Positions 17,366 through 24,692 of a stretch of 24,822 nucleotides of DNA are shown piece after piece. The notes below the pieces were generated by a model, which did no database searches, was not told the DNA's origin, and saw only the letters and a list, made by a program, of their open reading frames with translations. Source of the stretch: a virus (lineage: Duplodnaviria; Caudoviricetes); the IMG/VR virus record IMGVR_UViG_3300025103_000148, positions 1 through 24,822 of that record. One strand, 5' to 3'. The stretch's first letter is position 1. Every line of letters starts with the position of its first letter. Made by a program: the position numbers and the translations under genes.

Positions 17366-18546
17366 AACTTTTCTCCTTTATTAAGTTGCTGAAGTCTCTT
17401 CAACGGCACACTCAAACCCGAAACTATAGTATACAGTCTCAGGCTATCTTTATTATCCTCATATATTCCACGATGCAACACTGCATTGGGACACAAAGAA
17501 GACAATGTATCAAAACCATAGGATAAACTATCCATCAATCCTGGCGTATTTTCCATAATATCTTTACTTCCAACTGCCACACATGCGGCAACCTTGGAAT
17601 CAGAAAGTTCTGCTTCACTGAGAAGTGTTTTCTCAATATTAGATTTAATTGCACTAGATACTTTCTGTTCATCTCCAAACTCTTTAAGTTTTGCAACGCC
17701 CATTACTAATACACCACCACATCTTAATACACCCGCATAATCTGTGGGGTCAAAGGATGTATATGGTGAAGCATTACTAGTAAGAACATTAAAGACATGG
17801 AACAAACCAGATATAGTATTGTTTACTGTAGGCCAGAATTGCTTAACAGTTAATCCACGGTACATTTTTTCAATTTTAGAATTGTCTATAATAAGAAGTG
17901 GTGAAATCGCACCAGTTTCTGCACACTCCCCAACAGTTTTTAAAACTTCGTGTGCATTTGAAGACACTTGTGGGGATGTCGCTTCGCCCCGTGTGGGTAA
18001 AGACATAACTACACCCACTCGTTTTTCTGCATCATCGTGACCAATGTATTCCATATACTTCTTTGCGGTTTCGATTAAGACAAGAACAGAACCACTTCCA
18101 CTCCCACCTCCTGCACCAACACAAACAAAAACATGGTCTACATTGTTGCCATAAATTCTTCGCATAAGGTCAAATACATTTTGTTTATATTTGTTTGCCG
18201 CATCGTGGCCTTTTTCCATATTCTTTCCTGCACCTTGTTCTCCAACATTAAGAAGAAACTTTTGGTTTGCTGGCAAATCAAGTGTGTCTAAGTCATGACT
18301 AGAAGTATTTACTGCGATACACTTTTTATATCCTCGGTCATAGAATGCCTTTGCAATTCTTCCACCGCCCTGCCCAGAGCCAATCCATGCAAAAGTTTGT
18401 GAACCTCCCGATTCATCTTCAATTGCAGTTTCTTCATCATCTGGAATTTCGTAGTCTTCCAAATCAATATCTGGAATTTCCAAATCTGGAATCTGAATAT
18501 CCAGTTCTTCTACTGGTTGTTCTTCTACTGGTTGTTCTTCTGTCAT
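17362..18546 (-). CDS. FtsZ/tubulin-superfamily GTPase (TubZ/CetZ/PhuZ-like) with acidic N-terminal extension
   Basis: IGSGQGGGRIA (T1 loop), AVNT, GAGKN, GAGGGSGSG (signature loop variant), IIDN and SFDPTDY (T7-like). Start placed at MTEEQ (18546) after AAGGA; the track start is 18600. Confidence 0.9.
   Translation of the reverse strand: MTEEQPVEEQPVEELDIQIPDLEIPDIDLEDYEIPDDEETAIEDESGGSQTFAWIGSGQGGGRIAKAFYDRGYKKCIAVNTSSHDLDTLDLPANQKFLLNVGEQGAGKNMEKGHDAANKYKQNVFDLMRRIYGNNVDHVFVCVGAGGGSGSGSVLVLIETAKKYMEYIGHDDAEKRVGVVMSLPTRGEATSPQVSSNAHEVLKTVGECAETGAISPLLIIDNSKIEKMYRGLTVKQFWPTVNNTISGLFHVFNVLTSNASPYTSFDPTDYAGVLRCGGVLVMGVAKLKEFGDEQKVSSAIKSNIEKTLLSEAELSDSKVAACVAVGSKDIMENTPGLMDSLSYGFDTLSSLCPNAVLHRGIYEDNKDSLRLYTIVSGLSVPLKRLQQLNKGEKL
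18505..18541 (-). repeat. 15-nt tandem repeat encoding EEQPVEEQPVEE
   Basis: ttcttctactggttg repeated about 2.5 times. Confidence 0.9.
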
Positions 18547-18601
18547 TTTTTTATTCCTTTTAGGGAAATATACCCTACCTGACCTTCTAGGAGCATACAT
18601 G

Positions 18602-19810
18602 TTATTCCCAGTTTTTTGCGGCAGTAAAATTGGCTCTAGAAAATTCTAATCTATCCACTAATTTTATTGCATTATTTGAGGTATGGTCTACTGCTACAAA
18701 TCCTTCAGGTGCAGTAGCCTCAAACCCATCTCCCTTTTTAATAAAAGTTCCGATGTTCTTTACAGTCTGTAATTTTGCAAGAATAACCAACTTAATTTCA
18801 TTGAGCAAACTGTACAACTCAAATGCTAAGATGATGTTTGTTTTATTTTTCTTTAAAAATGCCATAGTTTGTTTCATTTCATTCTTTTTTCGTGATTTAG
18901 CAGTTTCCTGACTCAGTGTGTCAATTGCCTTAGTGTATTCACCTTCTATGTAGTCAACTAAACCTTGGTAGGTGTTGTTCATAGTACCTGCTCTGACATT
19001 TCTGTTGGAGTAAACCTTAATATATGCAACCAATTTAGTATTAGACATAAGAGAATCTAAAAATTTCTTGATTTTACCTATGGCTCGGCCGCCATTTCCA
19101 ATCAGTGTGTCAAGGTCATCACTTTCAGTTTTTGTAAATGTTGCTGTTCCTGATGCATCTACAAAATTAGCATCCTGAAACCAAACTTTAGAAGTCTTTC
19201 TAAGAGAGGAAACATCAGGACTAAATGATGCCGACATGGAACTCATATCTGTTCCTGTATATTTTGTATGAAACACAATACCGATGTTTGCTCTTTTAAC
19301 TTCTTTAGCAGAACCAGAATTAGAAGGAATGGCATAAGTGATAGTATTGGGAGTAAAGGTGATGTGGGTTTGACCATCAATTTTTTGAGTGGAAGTTTTA
19401 CCTTTTGTGAACATGACATCACCCTGAAGAATGTCTTTGATACCTAAAAGTTTTAGATTTGCTAAGGCAACTTTAAGAGTATCAGATAATCCTTTTGAGT
19501 GTCCGTGATTCGCATCGATGTCAGCATTGGTATAATTAATCTTTGGAGTCTTGTTGAAAACACTTTTTGTTCCGACAAAGAACTTCTTATTTTCTGGATT
19601 GATACCACAGAAAACAGCAGGGGCACCATCCCATTTAACAGTAACATTGAAACTAGATGATGTGTTGCCACTTAACATGTCCAAAACAGACTCAGCAAAT
19701 TTTAATGCATTGATACCACCCGAAGACCCGTCATTAAATATAGAATCTTCAAGATGCTCCATGTGAAGATTCTTGGATTCGTTTAGTAAGAATGTATTGA
19801 ATGATTTCAT
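18602..19810 (-). CDS. DUF6267-like conserved T4-like phage protein with CTS-like N-terminus
   Basis: MKSFNTFLLNE, then KNLHMEHLED, TVKWDGAPAVFCG.NP...FFVGTKSVFNK, F.PNTITY, PEGFVA and KLVDRLEFSRANF. Confidence 0.85.
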   Translation of the reverse strand: MKSFNTFLLNESKNLHMEHLEDSIFNDGSSGGINALKFAESVLDMLSGNTSSSFNVTVKWDGAPAVFCGINPENKKFFVGTKSVFNKTPKINYTNADIDANHGHSKGLSDTLKVALANLKLLGIKDILQGDVMFTKGKTSTQKIDGQTHITFTPNTITYAIPSNSGSAKEVKRANIGIVFHTKYTGTDMSSMSASFSPDVSSLRKTSKVWFQDANFVDASGTATFTKTESDDLDTLIGNGGRAIGKIKKFLDSLMSNTKLVAYIKVYSNRNVRAGTMNNTYQGLVDYIEGEYTKAIDTLSQETAKSRKKNEMKQTMAFLKKNKTNIILAFELYSLLNEIKLVILAKLQTVKNIGTFIKKGDGFEATAPEGFVAVDHTSNNAIKLVDRLEFSRANFTAAKNWE

Positions 19811-20424
19811 TCAAAAATGTCCGTTGATTGTGTAACTTCTTTAATCTTTTCAATCTGTGAATCACACAATGCTGTTCTATCAGGCCAAAGGATATATTCC
19901 TTCTCTGGATTCTTCTTCAAATTATACAATAATGGAAGAGTTAACAATTCAAGTTCTTGCATCTTTTCTTTGTAGACTGCATTGAGTTGACATTTTCGTT
20001 CTTCTACTTCATCAATAACTGCACGAATGCTTGCACCTTGTTCTTGAATCGAAGCGAGAAGTTCAGTATTTTCCATTGCAAGAATCTGGTCTAACTTTTC
20101 TTCAATTCGACCATCGCCCGCTGTGCTAGTTCCTTCTGAACCTGCAACACCAGATAAAATCTGGTCTAATTTTTCTTCAAGTCGTTGAATGTCAAGACCA
20201 TCAGCAGGAAAATCTTGGCCTTCGGTAGTTAATTTATCAACAAGAATATTTACCTTCGCTTCAATCTTCTCAAGAGACTCTTCCATCTCTGCTGAAACCT
20301 GAGTAACAACTTGGTCGGCTACATCAACGGGGTCAACAGGTGGAGTGACATCCGTATGTTGTGCTAATTCATCTGCATCTACCGCAGTGAAACCAAAATC
20401 AAAATTATCATATTCATTTGTCAT
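19807..20424 (-). CDS. conserved acidic coiled-coil hypothetical protein
   Basis: 205 aa: FDFGFTAVDADEL N-terminus, LPLLYNLKKNPEKEYILWPDR near the C-terminus, and an internal duplication of R[LI]EEKLDQIL. AAGGA SD. Confidence 0.8.
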   Translation of the reverse strand: MTNEYDNFDFGFTAVDADELAQHTDVTPPVDPVDVADQVVTQVSAEMEESLEKIEAKVNILVDKLTTEGQDFPADGLDIQRLEEKLDQILSGVAGSEGTSTAGDGRIEEKLDQILAMENTELLASIQEQGASIRAVIDEVEERKCQLNAVYKEKMQELELLTLPLLYNLKKNPEKEYILWPDRTALCDSQIEKIKEVTQSTDIFE

Positions 20425-20436
20425 GTTTTATTCCTT

Positions 20437-22704
20437 TTATGTAATTTGGATTGATATTATATGACCAATTTCAAACATCCGCATGGCAGCCAATGTGCTA
20501 CTACCGAATGCTTTGTTGACCATAGTAACAACCTTACCTATTGACGAGGCCAACCACCTAAGAGCAGATTTAATCATCTCAGTAAAATCTGCTATTACTT
20601 GCTTACCCCAATCAACTGCTTTCTTTCCCATACTTCTAAGACCTTTACCTAAATCTCCTAGCCAATTTTCAAGAAGTTGCTCTTCTGTATGTTCTGCTAA
20701 GTAGGTTTTAATATATCCGTCAGCATACGCTTCACCGAAATCCTCACACCATTTATTTTCTTCTTCATTGAGGTTCACGAAATCGTTTCCGAATGCTTTT
20801 TCATTACAAGAAAGAACTTCTTCTTTAAAACAAGCCTTACCGATGCTCATTCTAATGGACCCCTTCTTAACTTTACCGAAGCCGGGAATTGGGTCAATTG
20901 GTCTACCACGGTCGCCGATTCTCCAAGATATACACTTTGCTAACTTCTTTGCATATGCACCATGTGGTCCACCAATAGGGTGGTATGTGCCCGTACCCTC
21001 TGTGGTCCAAGTTAACATATCGGTTGCACTCCCAAGTGTATTACGAAACTTATGAAATCCTGTGGCCATCTCCCACATCATATATTCGTGCAATGCAGGT
21101 TCATCAAGATAGTTCATAATCTTTTCATTAATTTCTGGCATAGGCATCAACCATACCGCTTTGACTGTTTCTATCTGGGCGTCAATGATTGGATTTTTAG
21201 CATTACCAGTTACCTTTTTCTTTATGGACTCTGGTGCTGTTGCAAAGAATTGAACGAATGCAGCCTTGGGGAGATTTCCAACCTTCGAATGGTTTTCTAT
21301 TGTCTTTTCTGATTTGTCATCATAGAATGTTGTTTTATTTTTAAGATAATTAAATATTGTATTATGAACTTCTTTATTATTATCATATTGGTCGTGGTTT
21401 TTTCCTTTTAACATCCATGCTTCGACAGTAGAACTTCTTAACCCTGACCTGAAATCCCCCTCCATAGAGGCAACTTCAGAAGCAATTTTTGATTGAAGTT
21501 CTGGACTAATCGCTTTCATTAAATTATCATTGCCCTTTTTAAGTTCCGCTAGTGTAATGTCACCATGAAGAACCTTTGTCATAAATTGGTCGAAGTTCGG
21601 GGCATCTAATTTTCCACCAAACTTAACTCTTGAAGATGAAAATCCTCTATTAGATAAAACCTTATACATCAAAGCACTAATTACTTCTGGATTAAAATTA
21701 TCACTTGGGGTTTTTTCACATGCATAATGAAAGATGGCGGCCGCCTCTCCCGATGTTGGTGTGGCAAGTTGAGCATTCTTTTGGTTCTTTATACTGACGG
21801 CTTTACCTCCAACGATAATATCAGTCTTCAATGTATCTGATATTGCACCGTACTTCGTATAAACTGTATCCAATCCATATTTCTTGGTTGGTAGGTTTGC
21901 TTTCTCTGCTATACCTAAATTCTTTGCAAGTTTATATCCTGCTTCCATGGCCGCAAGATTAAAATTAATTTGTTTTGTTTCAATTGTGGTGCCGTTGAAC
22001 GCTGCCTTTTCGTTTAATACTCTGAAGGCCTTATCGTGACCAGTTCCTTTATTTCCAACAAGAGGTTTAATGCCCCATTTGCCGTTTGCCTCTGCCCATC
22101 TTCGGGTACAACCATAACAAATGTTTGCTTCAAATTTTGTAGAATCAAACTTTCCTGTTGCAGGCATACCACCTTTTGTGTCAAGTTCAATAGCGGCCTT
22201 GGCGTGGGATTTTGCTATAACACCACCAAAGTCCCAATCAGTTTTAGTAAAATTACTCAACTTCATAGTCCATTGACTTAATGGTAATTCCCCGTTCTTT
22301 GTTTTTGTCATTAAATCATCAATGGAAACGAGTTTTCTGTTCTCTTTATATTCCAGAGGCACCAGATTAGTTCTTCCTCCATCTTCGAATCGTTTGAAAA
22401 TCGAAACCAATGATGACTTGTCACCCTTCTTAAATGCATCTTTTAAATCTTGTGCAAACTCTGGATGGACTACAACATCTCCAATCTTGGTCATGAATTT
22501 TTTCGAGAAACTACCCTGTGTGGAGGATGCTGTTGCCCTAGATTTCCAATCGCCCTTTTTATTTTCAATCTTTGCAATAAAGTTTAAGAGCCTTTGCTCT
22601 TTCTCTTTTCGTTGGTCTTCGCCTTTGCTATAAGACCAATAATTAAAAGTTGAGCCGACATCAATGCTTGTTTCGGTAAGATAATGTGTTTTAAATGATT
22701 TCAT
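20437..22704 (-). CDS. large hypothetical protein (755 aa) with CTS-like N-terminus; possible PD-(D/E)xK-like domain
   Basis: Starts MKSFKTHYLTE, GGAG SD; internal FEA...KTDIIVGGKAVSIK; E-rich sites near the C-terminus (LNE, LAE, LLE). Confidence 0.8.
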   Translation of the reverse strand: MKSFKTHYLTETSIDVGSTFNYWSYSKGEDQRKEKEQRLLNFIAKIENKKGDWKSRATASSTQGSFSKKFMTKIGDVVVHPEFAQDLKDAFKKGDKSSLVSIFKRFEDGGRTNLVPLEYKENRKLVSIDDLMTKTKNGELPLSQWTMKLSNFTKTDWDFGGVIAKSHAKAAIELDTKGGMPATGKFDSTKFEANICYGCTRRWAEANGKWGIKPLVGNKGTGHDKAFRVLNEKAAFNGTTIETKQINFNLAAMEAGYKLAKNLGIAEKANLPTKKYGLDTVYTKYGAISDTLKTDIIVGGKAVSIKNQKNAQLATPTSGEAAAIFHYACEKTPSDNFNPEVISALMYKVLSNRGFSSSRVKFGGKLDAPNFDQFMTKVLHGDITLAELKKGNDNLMKAISPELQSKIASEVASMEGDFRSGLRSSTVEAWMLKGKNHDQYDNNKEVHNTIFNYLKNKTTFYDDKSEKTIENHSKVGNLPKAAFVQFFATAPESIKKKVTGNAKNPIIDAQIETVKAVWLMPMPEINEKIMNYLDEPALHEYMMWEMATGFHKFRNTLGSATDMLTWTTEGTGTYHPIGGPHGAYAKKLAKCISWRIGDRGRPIDPIPGFGKVKKGSIRMSIGKACFKEEVLSCNEKAFGNDFVNLNEEENKWCEDFGEAYADGYIKTYLAEHTEEQLLENWLGDLGKGLRSMGKKAVDWGKQVIADFTEMIKSALRWLASSIGKVVTMVNKAFGSSTLAAMRMFEIGHIISIQIT

Positions 22705-22850
22705 AACCGTCTCTCCATTAGTTTATATAGCATTCTTCCAACCCAAATTAATAAACGAAAGGTATTATAGATGATTCCCATACCCAAAACACCAACCAAA
22801 AAATACCATATCATATCATTCGCAATTTCTCTTGGAAAATAAGGAAACAT
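22701..22850 (-). CDS. small membrane protein (49 aa), not in the ORF track
   Basis: MFPYFPREIANDMIWYFLVGVLGMGIIYNTFRLLIWVGRMLYKLMERRL. Fills the gap exactly, ends in an ATGA overlap with the 755-aa gene, and is preceded by ATACATA. Confidence 0.6.
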   Translation of the reverse strand: MFPYFPREIANDMIWYFLVGVLGMGIIYNTFRLLIWVGRMLYKLMERRL

Positions 22851-22854
22851 GTAA

Positions 22855-22861
22855 TATGTAT
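22855..22861 (-). promoter_or_regulatory. ATACATA, candidate late-promoter box
   Basis: Immediately downstream of an intrinsic terminator and 4 nt before an ATG, i.e. where a new promoter is needed. Confidence 0.45.
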
Positions 22862-22862
22862 G

Positions 22863-22889
22863 AAAAAATCCTTGGGGAAACCAAGGATT
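22863..22889 (-). terminator. rho-independent terminator
   Basis: Perfect 9-bp stem AATCCTTGG-TTTCC-CCAAGGATT running into a T-tract, 8 nt after the stop at 22898. Confidence 0.85.
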
Positions 22890-22897
22890 GATTCAAA

Positions 22898-23218
22898 TTA
22901 TCTACGAGGGCATCCGCCAGGGCCACATGGTGACCGTCTTTTCTCAGGAAACATCGGAGGCGGTAAATCCGCCGGTATAATAGGGAATGGTTCTGCTTCA
23001 TTCGGTATCACTGGTTGAACATTTGTTAAGTCAACATTAGCAGCCACTTCGGTTGAAGTGCTAGTTCTATAACTTGAACGCCTGCTCCGATTAGGTTTAG
23101 TTTCTTTCTTCACCACCGTCTGCGATGGTTTTGGTGTTTCTACTTTTGTTGAAGCATCCACAATAGCAACAACTGCCGTGACTCCAAGCAACAAAAACGC
23201 ACATGCTTTTACATTCAT
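22898..23218 (-). CDS. small exported or membrane-anchored Pro-rich protein
   Basis: Hydrophobic N-terminus (ACAFLLLGVTAVVAIV), disordered body, C-terminal CGPGGCP; AAGGA SD; followed by a terminator. Confidence 0.7.
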   Translation of the reverse strand: MNVKACAFLLLGVTAVVAIVDASTKVETPKPSQTVVKKETKPNRSRRSSYRTSTSTEVAANVDLTNVQPVIPNEAEPFPIIPADLPPPMFPEKRRSPCGPGGCPRR

Positions 23219-23261
23219 TTTAAAATCCTTTCACGATTAAATAAATCATATATTTCATCAA

Positions 23262-23334
23262 TACGGCCGGTGGGACTCGAACCCACACTGGATGGATTTT
23301 AAGTCCATTGCCTCTGCCATTGGGCTACGGCCGC
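23262..23334 (-). tRNA. trnL: tRNA-Leu(UAA), short variable loop, no encoded CCA
   Basis: GCGGCCG/CGGCCGT acceptor stem, ATGGA-CTTAAAA-TCCAT anticodon arm, GTGGG-TTCGAGT-CCCAC T arm, discriminator A. Confidence 0.93.
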
Positions 23335-23345
23335 TCCATACAAAA

Positions 23346-23419
23346 CACGCCTGGCAGGACTCGAACCTGCGACTTGCGGTTTAGAAGACCACTACTCTAT
23401 CCAACTGAGTTACAGGCGC
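23346..23419 (-). tRNA. trnR: tRNA-Arg(UCU), no encoded CCA
   Basis: GCGCCTG/CAGGCGT acceptor stem, ACTC/GAGT D stem, GTGGT-CTTCTAA-ACCGC anticodon arm, GCAGG-TTCGAGT-CCTGC T arm. Confidence 0.95.
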
Positions 23420-23425
23420 CTAGAT

Positions 23426-23566
23426 TCATCTAAGTCTTTTCCCGTTTCCTTTTTTGGAAGTTCTGGATGCAGAGTTTCCTTTTTTTCTAAAAATCTTTGA
23501 AGTTCTGGGTCTTCCTACTGAAATTCTATTTGAAATTGATGGGTCGTGTCCACTATTCTTTGCCAT
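23426..23566 (-). CDS. small very basic protein (46 aa), not in the ORF track
   Basis: MAKNSGHDPSISNRISVGRPRTSKIFRKKGNSASRTSKKGNGKRLR; AGGAG SD; TAATG coupling; stops 6 nt before tRNA-Arg. Confidence 0.65.
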   Translation of the reverse strand: MAKNSGHDPSISNRISVGRPRTSKIFRKKGNSASRTSKKGNGKRLR

Positions 23567-23916
23567 TACTTAATCTCCTGTGATGGGTCCCACGGTGCGG
23601 GTCCATTACCATCATGCCATTGTACATTGTTCGATTCTTCAATCCAACTGTCATCTTGTGTGTGCAGATGTGCAAATGCATCTGCTTCTTTTCTCTTATC
23701 ACCGAGAGTATATTTCTTATACTCTTCATATTCAATTTGATTCCACCTACCGAAGTTGAATTGGCCGGGCAGCCCACCCCTAGATAGACCAGAATAGAAA
23801 TCTTTATCGATTGCCTTTTTCATAATAGAATAAACATCATTGAATGATTTATCATCAATGGTCCAGAGCCAATATTTGAATCCGTACTCTTCTTCGACTA
23901 TAATTTTGAGTGACAT
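23566..23916 (-). CDS. hypothetical protein (116 aa), probably early
   Basis: ORF directly downstream of a sigma70-like promoter; AAGGA upstream. Confidence 0.7.
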   Translation of the reverse strand: MSLKIIVEEEYGFKYWLWTIDDKSFNDVYSIMKKAIDKDFYSGLSRGGLPGQFNFGRWNQIEYEEYKKYTLGDKRKEADAFAHLHTQDDSWIEESNNVQWHDGNGPAPWDPSQEIK

Positions 23917-23948
23917 AAACTAACAATATCCTTCGGTATTACCCGTAT

Positions 23949-23976
23949 ATTGTAACACATATCACAGGTGAGTCAA
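23949..23976 (-). promoter_or_regulatory. sigma70-type promoter
   Basis: TTGACT (23971-23976), a 16-nt spacer, then TACAAT (23949-23954) with an extended TGn -10. Confidence 0.65.
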
Positions 23977-24692
23977 GAAATCTTTAAGAGATTTCCAACC
24001 TTTTTTGCTATGTCGCCTGTGCGGTCTACTCTTTTGCCAGCATCTTTTACTTTAATAGCCGATGAACCACGATTGATAATGATGTGGTATTCGCCATTTG
24101 CCACGGCGCCCTTTTCTCTACTAAAAAACAAATCGGTAAATCTTTCCTTTGAACCTTTAGCACTTTTGATAATCACATCATCTGGCAAAGTTCTACTTCT
24201 GGTTCTATTTCTTTCAAGAGCAATTTCAACATCAGTGAATACAAATACCACATGGATATTTTCGGCTTTGTATCCTGCGTGAACAAGCCCCTGTGATATC
24301 TTTTTAAATTCACCGGCAAATGAGAAGGTTCTATCGTAGATAATATTTGGCAATTCTGCCCGATTTGTTTTTTGAGTTACCAGTCTCGCTCTCTTGGAAC
24401 TAATCTTTGTCTTAAGGATGTACTGATGCAACTTCTGAGAACCTTCTGGACTGTTGGGGTCGATGCCCTTTAAGTCCTTGAACGCTCCTAGGCCTTGCTG
24501 TGCCGCTCTTGAAATCAACTCTTTGGTGTCGTCAGGATTGAGAACTTTATAGGAAGAGGCATCAATGAACTTTTTAATTGCTGTAGATTTGCCAGAGGCA
24601 GCACCACCAACCAAGAATATAACTTGGCCATATTTGGCAGCATTGCTTGGGGCAATCCAAACCTCTTCAATATATTCTTTAAATGATTTCAT
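23973..24692 (-). CDS. P-loop kinase (AAA_33/zeta-toxin-like) with CTS-like N-terminus
   Basis: Starts MKSFKEYIEE; Walker A FLVGGAASGKST; LNPDD; IIYDRT; lid motif ALERNRTRSR. Confidence 0.85.
   Translation of the reverse strand: MKSFKEYIEEVWIAPSNAAKYGQVIFLVGGAASGKSTAIKKFIDASSYKVLNPDDTKELISRAAQQGLGAFKDLKGIDPNSPEGSQKLHQYILKTKISSKRARLVTQKTNRAELPNIIYDRTFSFAGEFKKISQGLVHAGYKAENIHVVFVFTDVEIALERNRTRSRTLPDDVIIKSAKGSKERFTDLFFSREKGAVANGEYHIIINRGSSAIKVKDAGKRVDRTGDIAKKVGNLLKIS

Noticed and set aside
17362-18600. Calling the GTPase canonical ftsZ, or the contig bacterial
   Set aside because: No dcw-cluster neighbours, no FtsZ C-terminal peptide, a GQ-type T1 loop, and an entirely phage context.
23553-23777. 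74-aa minus ORF overlapping the 116-aa gene
   Set aside because: Alternative frame of a gene that has the promoter, SD and translational coupling.
627-24282. All plus-strand ORFs in the track (e.g. 16438-17076, 13146-13601, 9844-10263)
   Set aside because: Antisense shadows of well-supported minus-strand genes, with S/F/L-rich composition and no recognisable motifs.
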